A stretch of 44,936 nt of DNA. It comes from Rhodovulum sp. Lineage in GTDB: Bacteria; Pseudomonadota; Alphaproteobacteria; Rhodobacterales; Rhodobacteraceae. Numbering within the stretch: position 1 is the stretch's first letter; each line of letters starts with the position of its first letter. The DNA lies in contig JBNGDM010000001.1 of assembly GCA_049975105.1 (NCBI GenBank), positions 1 to 44,936 of the forward strand. Reading direction: 5' to 3'. A program made the position numbers and the translations under genes. The notes beneath the pieces were generated by a model. That model was given only the letters and a program-made list of their open reading frames with translations, made no database searches and was not told the DNA's origin. Below, in pieces: positions 43,372 to 44,936 of this stretch.

Positions 43372-44654
43372 ACAGACAGAAGTTTGCCGAGTGCCGCAGG
43401 ATTGGGCCCATCCGGAGCCTCAATCACGGCCCGGAGCCTCACGGCTAGCGCCTCACCCAAAAGGCTCCGGGCCTTGAAATTCAGTTTCTCGGCCCGCAGT
43501 TCCAGCGGCATGGGCTTGTCCAGGTCGTGGACCGCCTCCCGTGGACCTTGTGCGGTTTCAACGACCACGCGGGTGGCGGTTTCGGGCACGGTTTCGTCGC
43601 TCTCGACCGTCACGTTGTCGCGTAGCGCAATAAGGGCAGGCTCGTTGCATGCGTCGTCGTTGAAGGTGGTCAGTGACGCTGTATCATACCCGGCCAGCAC
43701 CATGGCAGCGATCACCCGGTAGCTGAACTTGGCGCCGAGGCCCGTGGTGGGGGCAGGTTGGTGGCAGACCTTCAGCCAGCGGGGATGTGTAATGACGGTA
43801 ATGCCCGTTACTGCGTCCGGGTCCAGCGGCATCAGCGAGCGTAACGCTTCGATCATCGCATGCGTGCCGTGACAACAGGCGTGGAACTTATGGCTGACGG
43901 TCTCGAATAGCCAGCGCTCGCCAAGACCCTTCAGCGCGCAGTCATCTGCCGCGCCCGCATGGGTCTCGCCGAAGCCTTGCGGCGCCTCCAGTCCCTCCGG
44001 GTTGGAGACGAAGCCCCGGGCCGCAAGCAGCGCCGCCTCGACCCCATTGGCCGCAGCGATCCCGGCATTGAAGGGCTTGCCCATGGTGCCGAATTGCGAC
44101 TTCAACCCCGAGGCCCGGGTGGAAACCAACCCTAGTGCCTGTTCCCCGTCCGCATCCAACAAACGCGCGCCGGCGAGCGCCGCCCCGAAAGCGCCCGCCG
44201 TTCCGGTCTGGTGGAAACCGGTCTGGTAATGGCCGCGGCCCAGCCAAACGCCCACGCGGATCGACGCCTCGACCCCAATGAGTGCTGCGTCGAGGAAGGC
44301 CGCACCATCTGCCCCGGTTTTCTCTGCCAATGCAAGCGCTGCGGGAATCACCGCCACCGAGGGGTGGCCTATATGGGCGAAATGGGTGTCGTCGTAGTCG
44401 AGCGCATGTGACGCAACGCCGTTCGCCAAAGCCGCCGCGCGTGCAGGCACCCGCGTCGCACTGCCCGCGAGGGCCGCCTGCGGCGCGCCGCGCTCTTCGA
44501 GCACCAGGTCTCGGGCAAGCCGCGCCACCGGCTCGTCGCGACCCGCCAAGGCGCAGGCCATCCAGTCGAGGACCGAAAGCCGCATCATCGCGCGCGCAGC
44601 GTCGCCCGGCACAGTTGCCGCCGCGAATACAGCCAGCCGCTCGGAAATCCTCAT
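43353..44654 (-). CDS. MmgE/PrpD family protein
   Basis: NGVASHALDYDDTH..HIGHPS, GFHQTGT, K.HACCHGTH and AKFS motifs. SD GGAGG before ATG 44654. Confidence 0.92.
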   Translation of the reverse strand: MRISERLAVFAAATVPGDAARAMMRLSVLDWMACALAGRDEPVARLARDLVLEERGAPQAALAGSATRVPARAAALANGVASHALDYDDTHFAHIGHPSVAVIPAALALAEKTGADGAAFLDAALIGVEASIRVGVWLGRGHYQTGFHQTGTAGAFGAALAGARLLDADGEQALGLVSTRASGLKSQFGTMGKPFNAGIAAANGVEAALLAARGFVSNPEGLEAPQGFGETHAGAADDCALKGLGERWLFETVSHKFHACCHGTHAMIEALRSLMPLDPDAVTGITVITHPRWLKVCHQPAPTTGLGAKFSYRVIAAMVLAGYDTASLTTFNDDACNEPALIALRDNVTVESDETVPETATRVVVETAQGPREAVHDLDKPMPLELRAEKLNFKARSLLGEALAVRLRAVIEAPDGPNPAALGKLLSVQDAMS

Positions 44655-44713
44655 CTGCCCCTCCATCCTGACGCGGGCGCACCCTGCCCCGCGCGCGCGA
44701 CAGCAGCAAGCCG

Positions 44714-44936
44714 TTAGACGTTGGGAGCACCGTAAAGCTCTTCGGCCCGAGCCTCAAAGGCCCGCACGATTCTCTGCATTGCCTCGTTGAACACCGCTCC
44801 AATGACGCCTTGCAGAACGCGGTTCTTGAACTCGAAATCCACGAAGAAATCCACCTTGCAGCGGCCCTCGCCCATATCCTGGAAATGCCAGTAGGATTTG
44901 AGATAGCGGAACGGACCGTCCAGGTATTCCGTATCG
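44714..44936 (-). CDS. ratA: RatA/PasT (COQ10 START-domain) protein, 3' part; 5' end lies outside the window
   Basis: Hand translation: DTEYLDGPFRYLKSYWHF...KVDFFVDFEFKNRVLQGVIGAVFNEAMQRIVRAFEARAEELYGAPNV*. Confidence 0.88.
   Translation of the reverse strand, partial: DTEYLDGPFRYLKSYWHFQDMGEGRCKVDFFVDFEFKNRVLQGVIGAVFNEAMQRIVRAFEARAEELYGAPNV

Noticed and set aside
44714-44936. RatA as part of a toxin-antitoxin module
   Set aside because: No RatB/PasI gene follows it; the family is COQ10-like (ubiquinone-binding), and the gene is truncated by the window edge.

Overview
Core chromosomal segment of a GC-rich alphaproteobacterium; gene order and protein sequences point to Rhodobacteraceae (Rhodobacterales). 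In order: an unannotated 40-aa membrane peptide gene behind two LexA boxes; recG, ligA, ctrA, sciP (all minus strand); mnmA; the envelope/isoprenoid cluster pyrH-frr-uppS-cdsA-dxr-rseP-(small ORF)-bamA-skp-fabZ-lpxA-lpxI-lpxB; miaA; an AraC regulator and an Opp/Dpp-type ABC importer with a Tat-signal binding protein preceded by a coupled uORF; the dusB-ntrB-ntrC-ntrY-ntrX-trkA-trkH-hfq-hflX cluster; ispDF-pgpA-cinA; an ammonium transporter pseudogene (nonsense codon, frameshift, IS21-type end remnant with a deletion); an MmgE/PrpD gene; and the 3' part of a RatA/COQ10 START-domain gene. No rRNA, tRNA, CRISPR or prophage is visible. The strongest candidate for an undescribed system is the predicted SOS-controlled small membrane protein at 114-236 with its structured 3' region (SidA/TisB-like architecture). 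All calls are by manual inspection; no database searches were run.
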